In this document: piece by piece, positions 38,490-47,827 of the stretch
Layout of the letters: every line of letters begins with the position of its first letter
How positions within the stretch are numbered: position 1 is the stretch's first letter
NCBI GenBank assembly: GCA_016930235.1
Contig: JAFGHI010000042.1
Coordinates: forward strand, 2,550 to 66,549
Direction: 5' to 3'
Length of the DNA: 64,000 nt
DNA from: Candidatus Omnitrophota bacterium
Lineage (GTDB): Bacteria; Omnitrophota; Omnitrophia; Omnitrophales; Aquincolibacteriaceae
The notes under the pieces: model-generated
The model's database searches: none
What the model saw: only the letters and a program-made list of their open reading frames with translations
What the model was told of the DNA's origin: nothing
Made by a program: the position numbers and the translations under genes

Positions 38490-39518
38490 ATGGATTTACC
38501 GGTAAGCTTCAATGAGATCTGGTTTCTTTTAATCGGGGTTCTATTGACAGGCTATGCCTGCCTAGACGGATTTGATTTGGGTGTCGGATCTCTCCACCTC
38601 TTAACGAAATCAGACCGTGACCGACGAATTTTTCTGAATGCAATCGGCCCGGTCTGGGACGGGAATGAAGTCTGGCTGGTGGTAGGCGGCGGAGCCCTTT
38701 TTGCGGCTTTTCCCAAGGTTTATGCCAGTGTCTTCTCGGGATTTTATATCGCGTTTATGCTGTTCTTGCTGGCCTTGATCTCGCGAGCAGCGTCTATTGA
38801 ATTCAGGAGTAAGGAACCGATGGGTTGGTGGAGACAGCTTTGGGATATAGTCTTTAGCCTCTCGAGTATCCTGGCCAGTATCCTTTTAGGCGTCGCTCTC
38901 GGGAATCTGGCGTGGGGGATTCCGCTTACCGCAGAAGGGGATTTCGCTATTGGATTTTTGGGGCTGCTTCATCCTTATAGTTTACTGGTAGGTCTTACAA
39001 CGCTGGCCCTTTTCATGCTTCACGGGAATATTTACCTTCTTGTGAAAACAGAAGGGGACCTCCAGACGGAAGTGCGCCGCTGGTTTCCTTCGGTGATGAT
39101 TTTCTTTTTGATTTGTTTTGTCGTGACGACCCTCATGACTTTAGCGAAGGTGCCCCGGATGACGGCTCTTATTCGCGAATATCCCGTCCTCGGTATCTTT
39201 TCCATCCTCAATCTCTTGGCGATTGTGAATCTCGTGCGGGAAGTTTACCGGGAACGGTTCGCGCAGGCATTCTTTTCTTCCTGTATGACGATTGTAACCC
39301 TGCTTATTTTATTCGCGTTGGGGACCTATCCTAATTTTGTTTATTCTGCGGGAAGCCCGGAATACAGCCTTACTATTTTTAATGCGTCCTCATCAGATAA
39401 AACGTTAACAGTGATGCTCGTGATTGTGGCCATCACACTTCCTTTTGTTTTGGCTTATACCGCTTATGTTCACTGGGTTTTTAGGGGAAAGGTTAGAATG
39501 GAACCGATAGGAAAGTAA
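38490..39518 (+). CDS. cydB: Cytochrome bd ubiquinol oxidase subunit II
   Basis: IWFLLIGVLLTGYACLDGFDLGVG is the canonical CydB N-terminus; polytopic. Confidence 0.85.
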   Translation: MDLPVSFNEIWFLLIGVLLTGYACLDGFDLGVGSLHLLTKSDRDRRIFLNAIGPVWDGNEVWLVVGGGALFAAFPKVYASVFSGFYIAFMLFLLALISRAASIEFRSKEPMGWWRQLWDIVFSLSSILASILLGVALGNLAWGIPLTAEGDFAIGFLGLLHPYSLLVGLTTLALFMLHGNIYLLVKTEGDLQTEVRRWFPSVMIFFLICFVVTTLMTLAKVPRMTALIREYPVLGIFSILNLLAIVNLVREVYRERFAQAFFSSCMTIVTLLILFALGTYPNFVYSAGSPEYSLTIFNASSSDKTLTVMLVIVAITLPFVLAYTAYVHWVFRGKVRMEPIGK

Positions 39519-39702
39519 TGGCAGGTGCGACTTCTGGTCATTCTGAGGAGCCCCAACGGGGTGACGAAGAATCTAAATACGGACAGAGTTCCCCGGATTT
39601 GTCCGGGTGGAAGCTGCTTCTTAAGATCCTTCGGTCGTCCTACGGACTCCCTCAGGATGACGATGAGTTACAGAAGGCATAAGAAAATAGGGTTGTTGTC
39701 TC

Positions 39703-41445
39703 ATGGCTGATCCGTCTTTTTTTACAGATTTCCTGATTGTCCTCATCGCCGCGTCGCTTGTGGCGATTGCCTTTGAACGCATTCGCCTTCCGGCTATTTT
39801 AGGCTTCCTCCTTGCCGGTGTCGCGGTCGGGCCCGGAGGCTTCGGGATCCTTTCCGATGTCGACCGCATCCATCAATTAGCGGAACTGGGTGTGGTCCTT
39901 CTCATGCTCACGATCGGTCTGGAGTTTTCCTTCGACCGCCTCAAGGGATTAAGACGGGTCGCAATTTTGGGCGGCTCCCTTCAGATTCTATTGTCACTGG
40001 GAATTTCGGTCCTTTTTTCAATCTTCCGGGGTTGGACCCTTTATGAGGGGATCTTTTTAGGTTCCGTGATTGCATTAAGTTCAACGGCCATTGTTTTTAA
40101 ATACCTCCTGGATCGAGGGGAAGTCGACACCCAATACGGCCGTATCGCGATCTCGATCCTTCTTTTCCAGGATTTGGCCGTGGTCCCGCTCCTTATCTTC
40201 ATCTCCAGTATGGGGCAGTCTGCCGGTTCGGTTCTTGCGACCTTTGGCTTGGCGCTGCTTAAAACCGTTGCTTTTATTGCGGGTGTTTTCCTTTTCGGCC
40301 GGTATGTTTTCCCGCATCTTTTGAGGCAGATTGCGATGACGAGAAACCGTGAAATCTTTTTCCTGACGGCGGTGGTGATTTGCCTGGGGATTGCCTGGAT
40401 CGGCGGCGAGCTTGGGTTGTCGCTTGCCATCGGGGCCTTTCTGGCAGGCCTGATGTTTGCCAACTCCGATTATGGGCATCAATTGATCGGAGAGATTGCG
40501 CCCTTCCGGCATGTCTTCGTCAGCATCTTTTTTGTCTCGATCGGCCTTCTCTTTGAAGTGCAGTTTACCTTTGATAATTTCTTTCTGATCCTGACGGTCG
40601 TCGGTTTGATTCTTCTGATCAATTCCGTGATCATGACAGTCTTGCTAGTGGCTTTCCAGTATCCGCTGCATATCGCGCTTGCCGCGGGACTCATCCTTTC
40701 GCAGATCGGTGAGTTTTCATTCCTGCTCCTGGAAGCGGGGAGGACTCACGGGGGGATTGATTTTTATATTTATCACGTCCTTCTTTCGGTGGCCTTCTTG
40801 ACCATGCTGTTCACGCCGGCTTTGTTTGCGTTGGTGCCCATCCTTTTGCGATTTGCCGAAAATATGCCGATGTTGGGGGTCCCCAAGAAGTGGAGAGAGG
40901 GGGAGGAGCGGGCTTCGCTGGTCAGCAATCACGTGATCCTTTGCGGTTATGGCCCTTCCGGCAGAGACTTGGCGGTGACTTTTAAGCAGGAGAATATCTC
41001 CTTTGTCATGATCGATATGAATCCGAAGAATATTCAAGATGCGCGCAAGAAAGGTTTTATCGGCATTTACGGGGACGTCGGAAATGCCGAGGTTTTAAAC
41101 AAAGCGGGGATCCGCCGCGCAAGGGCTGTGGTCGTGAGTTTCGGGGACCCCATCGGGATGGCCCAGGTCATACGGGTTGTGCAGCGGCTTAACCCGGATG
41201 TTGTCCTTGTTGTCAGGAGCCGGGCTGAACGGGACGCCCCGGCACTTTATGAGTTAGGCGCCGATATGGTCGTGATGGAAGAATGGGAAGCCAGTTATGA
41301 ACTGAACCGTATTATCCTCGAAGAATTCAAGATCCCTGAAGACCGCGTGAAAAAGAACCTGGAAAGGATTCGGGAACGAAAAGAGCTGATTATCGAAGAA
41401 GCCATCCTCAAAAAGGCCCCGCCTGTCGAAGACCCGGAGAGCTAG
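39703..41445 (+). CDS. Kef-type K+/H+ antiporter (CPA2) with C-terminal RCK/TrkA-N domain
   Basis: Na/H-exchanger-like TM core with a C-terminal Rossmann VILCGYGPSGRDLA and RCK features. Confidence 0.8.
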   Translation: MADPSFFTDFLIVLIAASLVAIAFERIRLPAILGFLLAGVAVGPGGFGILSDVDRIHQLAELGVVLLMLTIGLEFSFDRLKGLRRVAILGGSLQILLSLGISVLFSIFRGWTLYEGIFLGSVIALSSTAIVFKYLLDRGEVDTQYGRIAISILLFQDLAVVPLLIFISSMGQSAGSVLATFGLALLKTVAFIAGVFLFGRYVFPHLLRQIAMTRNREIFFLTAVVICLGIAWIGGELGLSLAIGAFLAGLMFANSDYGHQLIGEIAPFRHVFVSIFFVSIGLLFEVQFTFDNFFLILTVVGLILLINSVIMTVLLVAFQYPLHIALAAGLILSQIGEFSFLLLEAGRTHGGIDFYIYHVLLSVAFLTMLFTPALFALVPILLRFAENMPMLGVPKKWREGEERASLVSNHVILCGYGPSGRDLAVTFKQENISFVMIDMNPKNIQDARKKGFIGIYGDVGNAEVLNKAGIRRARAVVVSFGDPIGMAQVIRVVQRLNPDVVLVVRSRAERDAPALYELGADMVVMEEWEASYELNRIILEEFKIPEDRVKKNLERIRERKELIIEEAILKKAPPVEDPES

Positions 41446-41654
41446 TAGAAGTTACCAGCCACTTGATTAATGCGATTACCTCAAATGCAAAGCCGTAAAG
41501 ATGATCGCTGGCTATTCCATATGATCGCGATTGATCGCATATGCTTTCGGATACTAAGAGATCATCGTTTTCGCCTCGACGAATAGCAGCTTGCCGAGAT
41601 AAGTAACATAAACCACATCAAAGCACTTATTTAATATATTTAGTAATTAGCATC

Positions 41655-41683
41655 TTGACAATATGTATGGATTTGTGTACTTT
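41655..41683 (+). promoter_or_regulatory. Sigma70-like promoter candidate (TTGACA-17-TACTTT) upstream of the giant gene
   Basis: A perfect -35 hexamer TTGACA at 41655-41660 followed 17 nt later by TACTTT, in an AT-rich leader. Confidence 0.3.
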
Positions 41684-41739
41684 TAATATACTGTTATTAA
41701 GTATTAAAAATTTAAGGATTTTAAAGGAGACGCCGGGCC

Positions 41740-44700
41740 ATGAAAATTGACAATCTAACGAATCGAGCGACAAGTATCTTAACGATACTTGTTTTTTTAT
41801 TTTCGCAGGTGATAGTTTTTCCCACGCAGTCGATCGCTGCTGATCCCGTTCAGCAAATCCAGGATCGACAGGCGGAAGTTTCTTTGGAAGTCAAAGAAAC
41901 AGATCATTCCGATATTAATCCTGAAGAAAGATATCTCGATAGGAGTCTGGCCACTTTCTTTGAGCCTGTTGCCATTACAAAAGTAGCGGCGGTACGAACG
42001 CCGGCGTCACCTAAACCCCACGCATCGCCGGTACCTAATGCGTCTCCGAGCCCAACGAGTTATGCGTCACCAAGCCCAAGAAGTTCTTCGTCCCCGTCGC
42101 CGGTTCAAGTGCAAAGCGTTTTTAGCGGAGTCCTCGTAAAAGTTCCTGATGATCAGCCGAGTTTTCTGATGCGGTCGGTCTACCGTTTGCAAATTGACGC
42201 GAACCGTTCGATTTTGGTGGATGGCGCCGATGAAGTGGGTCAAAAATTACTGCCTCTCTATGAAGGCCAAGAAGTTGAATTACGCGGTGAATTTTTCGAA
42301 CTGGAAGGGATGCAGATTTTAAAGGTCACCCATATTAACGGGGAACCTGTCGAAGATTTACTCAATGAACTGCCTGATCCCACGAAGTATCCCACGGAAT
42401 CTGAGATGGAGGCGATACAGGGGCTTGGATCGGATATCGTTAAATTTGACAAAGCGACGGTTCGTGAGGACGGGATGAGGGAATATCAATTTTCTTCGTC
42501 ACCCAATGCGGCCGGAAGATTCCTTCAAATCGAAGTGACTTATGATCCTTGCGGCGGGATGCTTAAATGCCTGGCGCCGATCAGGATCAAGACCTTTCAA
42601 ATTGTTTTTGATCCGGGGCCGGTTTCGAGCGGAGAAATAATCCAGCTGCCGCCTCACGCGTTTCTTGATGTTTCTAAAGTTGAAGGTGTTATTCATCTTC
42701 CCGCGGGCGCGAAGTTCACGCTGGGGTTCCCCAGTGACAACTGGCTCCTATTTGATCTGGAGACGCAGATTACCGAACAGCCCGTCCGCGAAGTCGTTAT
42801 CCAGGATTTAGTCCAGACTTTTGGATTGGATGAATCCGGGATTCGATCGATGCTGGAACGGGGGGATATGAGTATCACGGTGGATCTAGAAAATCAAAAA
42901 GTTAAAGTCCATATGCCCGGTCATTTTAATTATACGCCCGTGGCGGCGGTGCCTTTCGGCGGGGTTTACCAGCCTAATCTTTTAGGTGATGAATACATCA
43001 GCTCTGAGATTACCTATCAATATGAAACGACGACGTCTGAGGATAAGATTCATCTTGTTGCGGCGGAGTTTCGACATAGCGGCAAGGTCTTCCGGTTAAG
43101 TTATGCGACCCCAGCGACCTCTCCGGCATCCGCAGTTCTCAATAACAAATTGTATTCAGTGACCGTTTCCGAAGAGGTTGAGACGCCATGTCTTATGGCG
43201 CCGTGTCCCGTTCAGGAGAAGTTGATTAAGCGGGTGCGATATATTTACTATGCGGATTCTGTGAACCCTGCTATGGCCGGGATCCAATATCTAGGTGAGA
43301 GCAGTGTGGCGTACCGGACGGTGACTTTTGTGGAACGCGAGACGGGTTTATTTGTGGATACCGTTGCGGATTTTGATTCCCAGGATAATTTGATCGCTGC
43401 GAATAAATTTTATTATACGGAGAATGCGGTTTGTGAGGCGATTTCGCCCTGCCACATCGAAAAGATTGAGCGCACGAAACCCCAAGGTGAGAGCAAAACC
43501 CAACGTGTGCTTGTTTCCGTCATTTCGGATTTTGAATATATCTTGTTGATAGGCGGGAAGTTTCCGATGGTGGCGACGATCACGCGCGCGGACGGTGTTT
43601 CTAAAGAGGTGAGATTCGGAAGCGCGGTTGAAGGAATTTTGGAGGAGGCCCTCGAATTCGAAAGCGAATATGATCCAGAACGCGCTGCATTAGAAGAATT
43701 TATTGCGGAATGGAGCCGGTTAAAAGCTGCCTACATGGATTACTTGCTGGAGCAGTTAGAGCCGATTCGGGATATGGGAGCGGCTATGACGGAGACAGAA
43801 CTCGAAGTTTTGCTTGAGGCATCGGATTTAAATGAAGCCCAAAGGGAGCGGTTGAGGCGGTTACATTTTGCTTTGACTTATATGCTTCATACGGTGGATT
43901 GGGTGTTTGATCAGTCATTAACACTTGTAGAACTGCCGGATTGGTATGCTGAATTTGCGGAGGCGGAAGGTTTTTCTTCCGTCGGGCTATATGTTTTCGG
44001 GGATATCGATACCTCCGGCATGTCCTTGGAGGAATTGCGTGAGACGGTCAATGAGATTAGGGATTATACGGCAGGCGAAGATTTGGAGTCATTCTTTGCC
44101 GGAATAGCAGCCGGGGTACCGGAATCCGCTGCGAGTATTATAGCGAGAACGAATCAGATCAACGCCGAGCTGGAAGCGCTGCGGGCGAATGAAAGAATTA
44201 GCCTTCTTAAAGAAAGGGCGCAGGCGCTCTTGGCGAGTAAGACGGAGGAAGTTAATAATTACATTCAGACGCTTCAAGAGCGTATTGATGTTCTCGAGGG
44301 GCTATTAAGCGAGGCGGATGAAGCCAATCTTCAGATGGAAGAATTGTATGCGCTTTTGATGGAGGAACGTGAGCGGCTTGTCAATTTATCAATGCAATAT
44401 CCGGAGGTTGATTTGAGTGATTTGGGCGGGAGCAATGAGATCATTCTCGAGGGGCTGAACGGATCGGGTGTCCAGGACCGGGATTATTACACGGCGTGGA
44501 CGATTTGGCGCGAGAACGTAGCTCGGCTTATCAGCCGTTATGAAGAGGGTATCGCAGTAAATCAAGAGGGCCTGGCTGAATTGGAAGCGCTTGCCAGTCA
44601 AATTTCGGCGTCTAATGATCCATCCGAAATCAAGCGCCTCTTGGATGAGATGATGGACAAGGCCGAAGACTTGCCGGTACCGATGGTTTTTCATCCCATC

Positions 44701-47700
44701 AATGTTTCCGAACCGGACGCCCAGATTGTCCTTAACCGCATGAACGGCATGCTGAACGCGATGCGGCGTAATTATCAAATTGCCAATCAAAGGATTGCCC
44801 AGGCCGACAGGCAGGCGCTCATCAGCTATCTTTCAGGAGTTGTCTCTGAACAGGCGGAGTTTATCCGTGAGGCCTTGGAAAAATATAAGGACGTCCAGGG
44901 GATTGAGATTGCGCTGAGTGCGGATGATTTGACGGCACTTATCGAGAAACTTGGTCTATCGGAAGAAGAGGCCGCGCGGCTTATGAATTTGTATAAGTAT
45001 TTTCTTGTGATGCTGGGTGTTCGTGCGGATGCGGTCCCATCGCCCTCATCTTCATCGAGCCCGAGTCCGGCTGCATATGTTTCAGCCAGCCCGCAGCCCT
45101 ATGCTTCGCCATCACCTTCTCCAGCCTCGTGGTCAATCAATAACCTCGTGACCGACGGAATCTTCCTGCCTCCGAATGCGAACCTTAATTCGAGGACCAT
45201 TGCCGCTCTGAAGGATTTTATTGCTTCCGAAGAGCTTTTAGGGTTTCTCCTGATGAAGAGGATCAATATACCGCCGGTCCAATCGTTATCTTTGGACGTT
45301 TTAAAGGACGCAGTTGAAAAAGTTAAGGAACTTATAGGCGATGACCCTGCCCAGTTTTTCGAGGAGGCCATGGAAGCTGTGGATCAGTACGTCGAAGGCG
45401 CCAAAGCCGATCTTGCCAAGATCAATACGGAATTTGAATCGCTTGAGGTTGATCCTGAACAGCAACAGTGGGAAACCAAGTGGACGGAGATTGAGGAGGC
45501 ACGTGTCGATCATATGACCGAGGTTTCCGAAGCCTTTGATGTTTATTTAAGGGAGTATCTTGATTCGATTGACGGCATGATTGATTCAGTACAAGGAATC
45601 TTGATAAATCTTCAAGACCAGGACTACACCGGTTTGGGTTTGGAGGATCTTGCCTTGTTTTTGAAATCGTACCAAAGCGCAGTGTCTTCTTTAGGTGTGG
45701 ATTTAAACTCTTTTCTCAGAAATGAAAGCATTCCAAACCTTCAGGAATTTTTCGAAGGTTTGAGGGAACAGTTCCTCAGTGATATGGATGCGGCTTTAGG
45801 CGAGGTTGATCAATTCATTAGCATATTCAGGGAAAGAGATCCAAGTCCCGAGGTCCTCGAAAGGATCGAGAGTCTTGAGAAGGTTAAGAAGTGGCTGCTC
45901 GAATTAAAGCCGGTTTATGTGAAGATGCTCGATGATTCCATCCAAATGGGGGTTGTTTTCGAAAATCAGCTGGGGAACCTGAATGGTATTTTGGGCCGCA
46001 TCGAAGAAGGGCGCCAGCAGTTGCTCCAAGAATTTGATGCTATTGATGAGCAATATGAAAGAGCGGTTCAAAATTTGGCGATGGAGCATTGCGGCCAAAC
46101 AGAGGACCCGGCTTCGGATGCGACGTGTGTATTCGAAAACCAGTATGCCTATTCTCAATGGAGGTATGGGATTTCGCCTGTGCGGTATGAGGAATGGAAA
46201 ACTTGCTGGAAGGATACCTGGGAAAGTGGCGTGACGAATTCCTCGGATATTGCAGCTGTATGTGGAGAATACGCAAAAGAGGAGGCGTGGGAAGCTGTCT
46301 ATGATGGGCCAGCAGGTTCAACGAGCGGATCGCTCGAACCGGGGCATTACCCTGCAGCAACCGATAGTTTTTTTGAAGTGCCTTATGCAGTCGCTTTGCG
46401 TGATTTGGAGATTGAGCGTGATCTTCAAAAGAAAAAAGCGAAAGAGGTTTTTTATGCGCTTGCCGAAGTTGAGATCATGAAATTAAAAGGGATCCGCGCT
46501 GCTGTTATAGGACAGATGGATGATTTATTGTCCATGCGTGTTGAGGTCATGAATGAATACCACCGGATTTGGCAGGAGGCAAGATCTCTGTCCGGCGGCA
46601 TTTTTAATTATCGCAATGAAGATGGTTTGGATTTTTATTCAAGATCAATAAGGGAAGTTTTAGGTGAAGGCACATGGTATTACAAAGTTTTTGATGACGA
46701 TGCAGTGTCGGGTAAAGTCAGAGGTGCGCTTAAGAACTCTTTGGATGCAGTTAAACGAGCAGCTGAAGAGGCCGGAGGAACTTTCTTTTCGGAATTGAGT
46801 CATGTCCAATTTGGCTTAAGGGATGCTTTAAAGAAGAAGGTTGAGATTGAATACCAATGGGCAGTGCGTGACGCACGCGAAGAGTATTATGGATCTTTCA
46901 AGGATGTTATGGCGATTGCTAAACCCATTGTTGAGGACTGGTACAACTATTGCCATGTGCCTACATCTTCAGATTGGCAGCAGCCCGCAGAATGTGGGGC
47001 CAATATGTTAGCGTCTTCTCAATATGGAATTGAACCCTCAAGAGAAGCATGGTTAAACCACCTTGTGTCGGCGAGTCGATTTCAGATGGTGCCAGTCGAA
47101 TATCAGGAGATATGCGACACGAATTTGAATGGTGAAGAATATTGTTACGAGACTGTAGCACGGTATGAAGCCATGGACCTCCAATCTCAGAATGAGGCCA
47201 TCTTAGATGAAGTTAGATGGTGGCATTCTACGGGATCCCCAGATGGTTATGAGGAATACAAAAATCTGTATGAAAAGTGGTATGCCGGTGTCGCTTCTTC
47301 TGATCTTTTTTATCGGCAACAAGTGGCAGAAGCTCTGTTGAAATTAGGGGAGTTTGATGAATTTGAAGCGAATATTTCTGAATTTTGCAGTCAAATTGGC
47401 GGTGGATATCAAGTCCTCGCATTTACGAATTGCGCGGATTTTGGCTACGGAGACGATTTTGTCGGCAGTCTTCAAGAAGAACGTGATCAAGCCTTGGCTC
47501 TAATTGATGAACAGTTTAGCGATCTTGGTATAGCGGTCTCAATTAATCCCAGTGACGCTCCTTTCATTATATTGGGCCCTAATCATTATATTGGTCATGC
47601 CGTGCTTGGCGGTGAGGAACTCGAGCGTCGTTGGGAAGAACTTTTTGGCGCTATGGATGAGGCATGGGATTCATTTGAAAAATCAAAGCAAGCTTCTGAT

Positions 47701-47736
47701 GAGAAATTTTATCAAATGTACGAAGGGCTGATCTAA
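41740..47736 (+). CDS. Giant (1998 aa) secreted protein with N-terminal signal peptide, Pro/Ser-rich linkers, long coiled-coil middle region and Cys/Trp-rich C-terminal domain; function unknown
   Basis: Uninterrupted 5997-nt ORF. Signal peptide MKIDNLTNRATSILTILVFLFSQVIVFPTQSIA|ADP. Linkers PASPKPHASPVPNASPSPTSYASPSP and PSPSSSSSPSPAAYVSASPQPYASPSPSP. Heptad-rich segments run from about 43.6 to 46.1 kb. Confidence 0.75.
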   Translation: MKIDNLTNRATSILTILVFLFSQVIVFPTQSIAADPVQQIQDRQAEVSLEVKETDHSDINPEERYLDRSLATFFEPVAITKVAAVRTPASPKPHASPVPNASPSPTSYASPSPRSSSSPSPVQVQSVFSGVLVKVPDDQPSFLMRSVYRLQIDANRSILVDGADEVGQKLLPLYEGQEVELRGEFFELEGMQILKVTHINGEPVEDLLNELPDPTKYPTESEMEAIQGLGSDIVKFDKATVREDGMREYQFSSSPNAAGRFLQIEVTYDPCGGMLKCLAPIRIKTFQIVFDPGPVSSGEIIQLPPHAFLDVSKVEGVIHLPAGAKFTLGFPSDNWLLFDLETQITEQPVREVVIQDLVQTFGLDESGIRSMLERGDMSITVDLENQKVKVHMPGHFNYTPVAAVPFGGVYQPNLLGDEYISSEITYQYETTTSEDKIHLVAAEFRHSGKVFRLSYATPATSPASAVLNNKLYSVTVSEEVETPCLMAPCPVQEKLIKRVRYIYYADSVNPAMAGIQYLGESSVAYRTVTFVERETGLFVDTVADFDSQDNLIAANKFYYTENAVCEAISPCHIEKIERTKPQGESKTQRVLVSVISDFEYILLIGGKFPMVATITRADGVSKEVRFGSAVEGILEEALEFESEYDPERAALEEFIAEWSRLKAAYMDYLLEQLEPIRDMGAAMTETELEVLLEASDLNEAQRERLRRLHFALTYMLHTVDWVFDQSLTLVELPDWYAEFAEAEGFSSVGLYVFGDIDTSGMSLEELRETVNEIRDYTAGEDLESFFAGIAAGVPESAASIIARTNQINAELEALRANERISLLKERAQALLASKTEEVNNYIQTLQERIDVLEGLLSEADEANLQMEELYALLMEERERLVNLSMQYPEVDLSDLGGSNEIILEGLNGSGVQDRDYYTAWTIWRENVARLISRYEEGIAVNQEGLAELEALASQISASNDPSEIKRLLDEMMDKAEDLPVPMVFHPINVSEPDAQIVLNRMNGMLNAMRRNYQIANQRIAQADRQALISYLSGVVSEQAEFIREALEKYKDVQGIEIALSADDLTALIEKLGLSEEEAARLMNLYKYFLVMLGVRADAVPSPSSSSSPSPAAYVSASPQPYASPSPSPASWSINNLVTDGIFLPPNANLNSRTIAALKDFIASEELLGFLLMKRINIPPVQSLSLDVLKDAVEKVKELIGDDPAQFFEEAMEAVDQYVEGAKADLAKINTEFESLEVDPEQQQWETKWTEIEEARVDHMTEVSEAFDVYLREYLDSIDGMIDSVQGILINLQDQDYTGLGLEDLALFLKSYQSAVSSLGVDLNSFLRNESIPNLQEFFEGLREQFLSDMDAALGEVDQFISIFRERDPSPEVLERIESLEKVKKWLLELKPVYVKMLDDSIQMGVVFENQLGNLNGILGRIEEGRQQLLQEFDAIDEQYERAVQNLAMEHCGQTEDPASDATCVFENQYAYSQWRYGISPVRYEEWKTCWKDTWESGVTNSSDIAAVCGEYAKEEAWEAVYDGPAGSTSGSLEPGHYPAATDSFFEVPYAVALRDLEIERDLQKKKAKEVFYALAEVEIMKLKGIRAAVIGQMDDLLSMRVEVMNEYHRIWQEARSLSGGIFNYRNEDGLDFYSRSIREVLGEGTWYYKVFDDDAVSGKVRGALKNSLDAVKRAAEEAGGTFFSELSHVQFGLRDALKKKVEIEYQWAVRDAREEYYGSFKDVMAIAKPIVEDWYNYCHVPTSSDWQQPAECGANMLASSQYGIEPSREAWLNHLVSASRFQMVPVEYQEICDTNLNGEEYCYETVARYEAMDLQSQNEAILDEVRWWHSTGSPDGYEEYKNLYEKWYAGVASSDLFYRQQVAEALLKLGEFDEFEANISEFCSQIGGGYQVLAFTNCADFGYGDDFVGSLQEERDQALALIDEQFSDLGIAVSINPSDAPFIILGPNHYIGHAVLGGEELERRWEELFGAMDEAWDSFEKSKQASDEKFYQMYEGLI

Positions 47737-47827
47737 AGCGAACGATAACGGAGCTATTAAGGCAGCGTTATTCGAATTAATTGAATTAACAATTTTGAAT
47801 AATTATTTTACAGATTCCAAACCCCAA

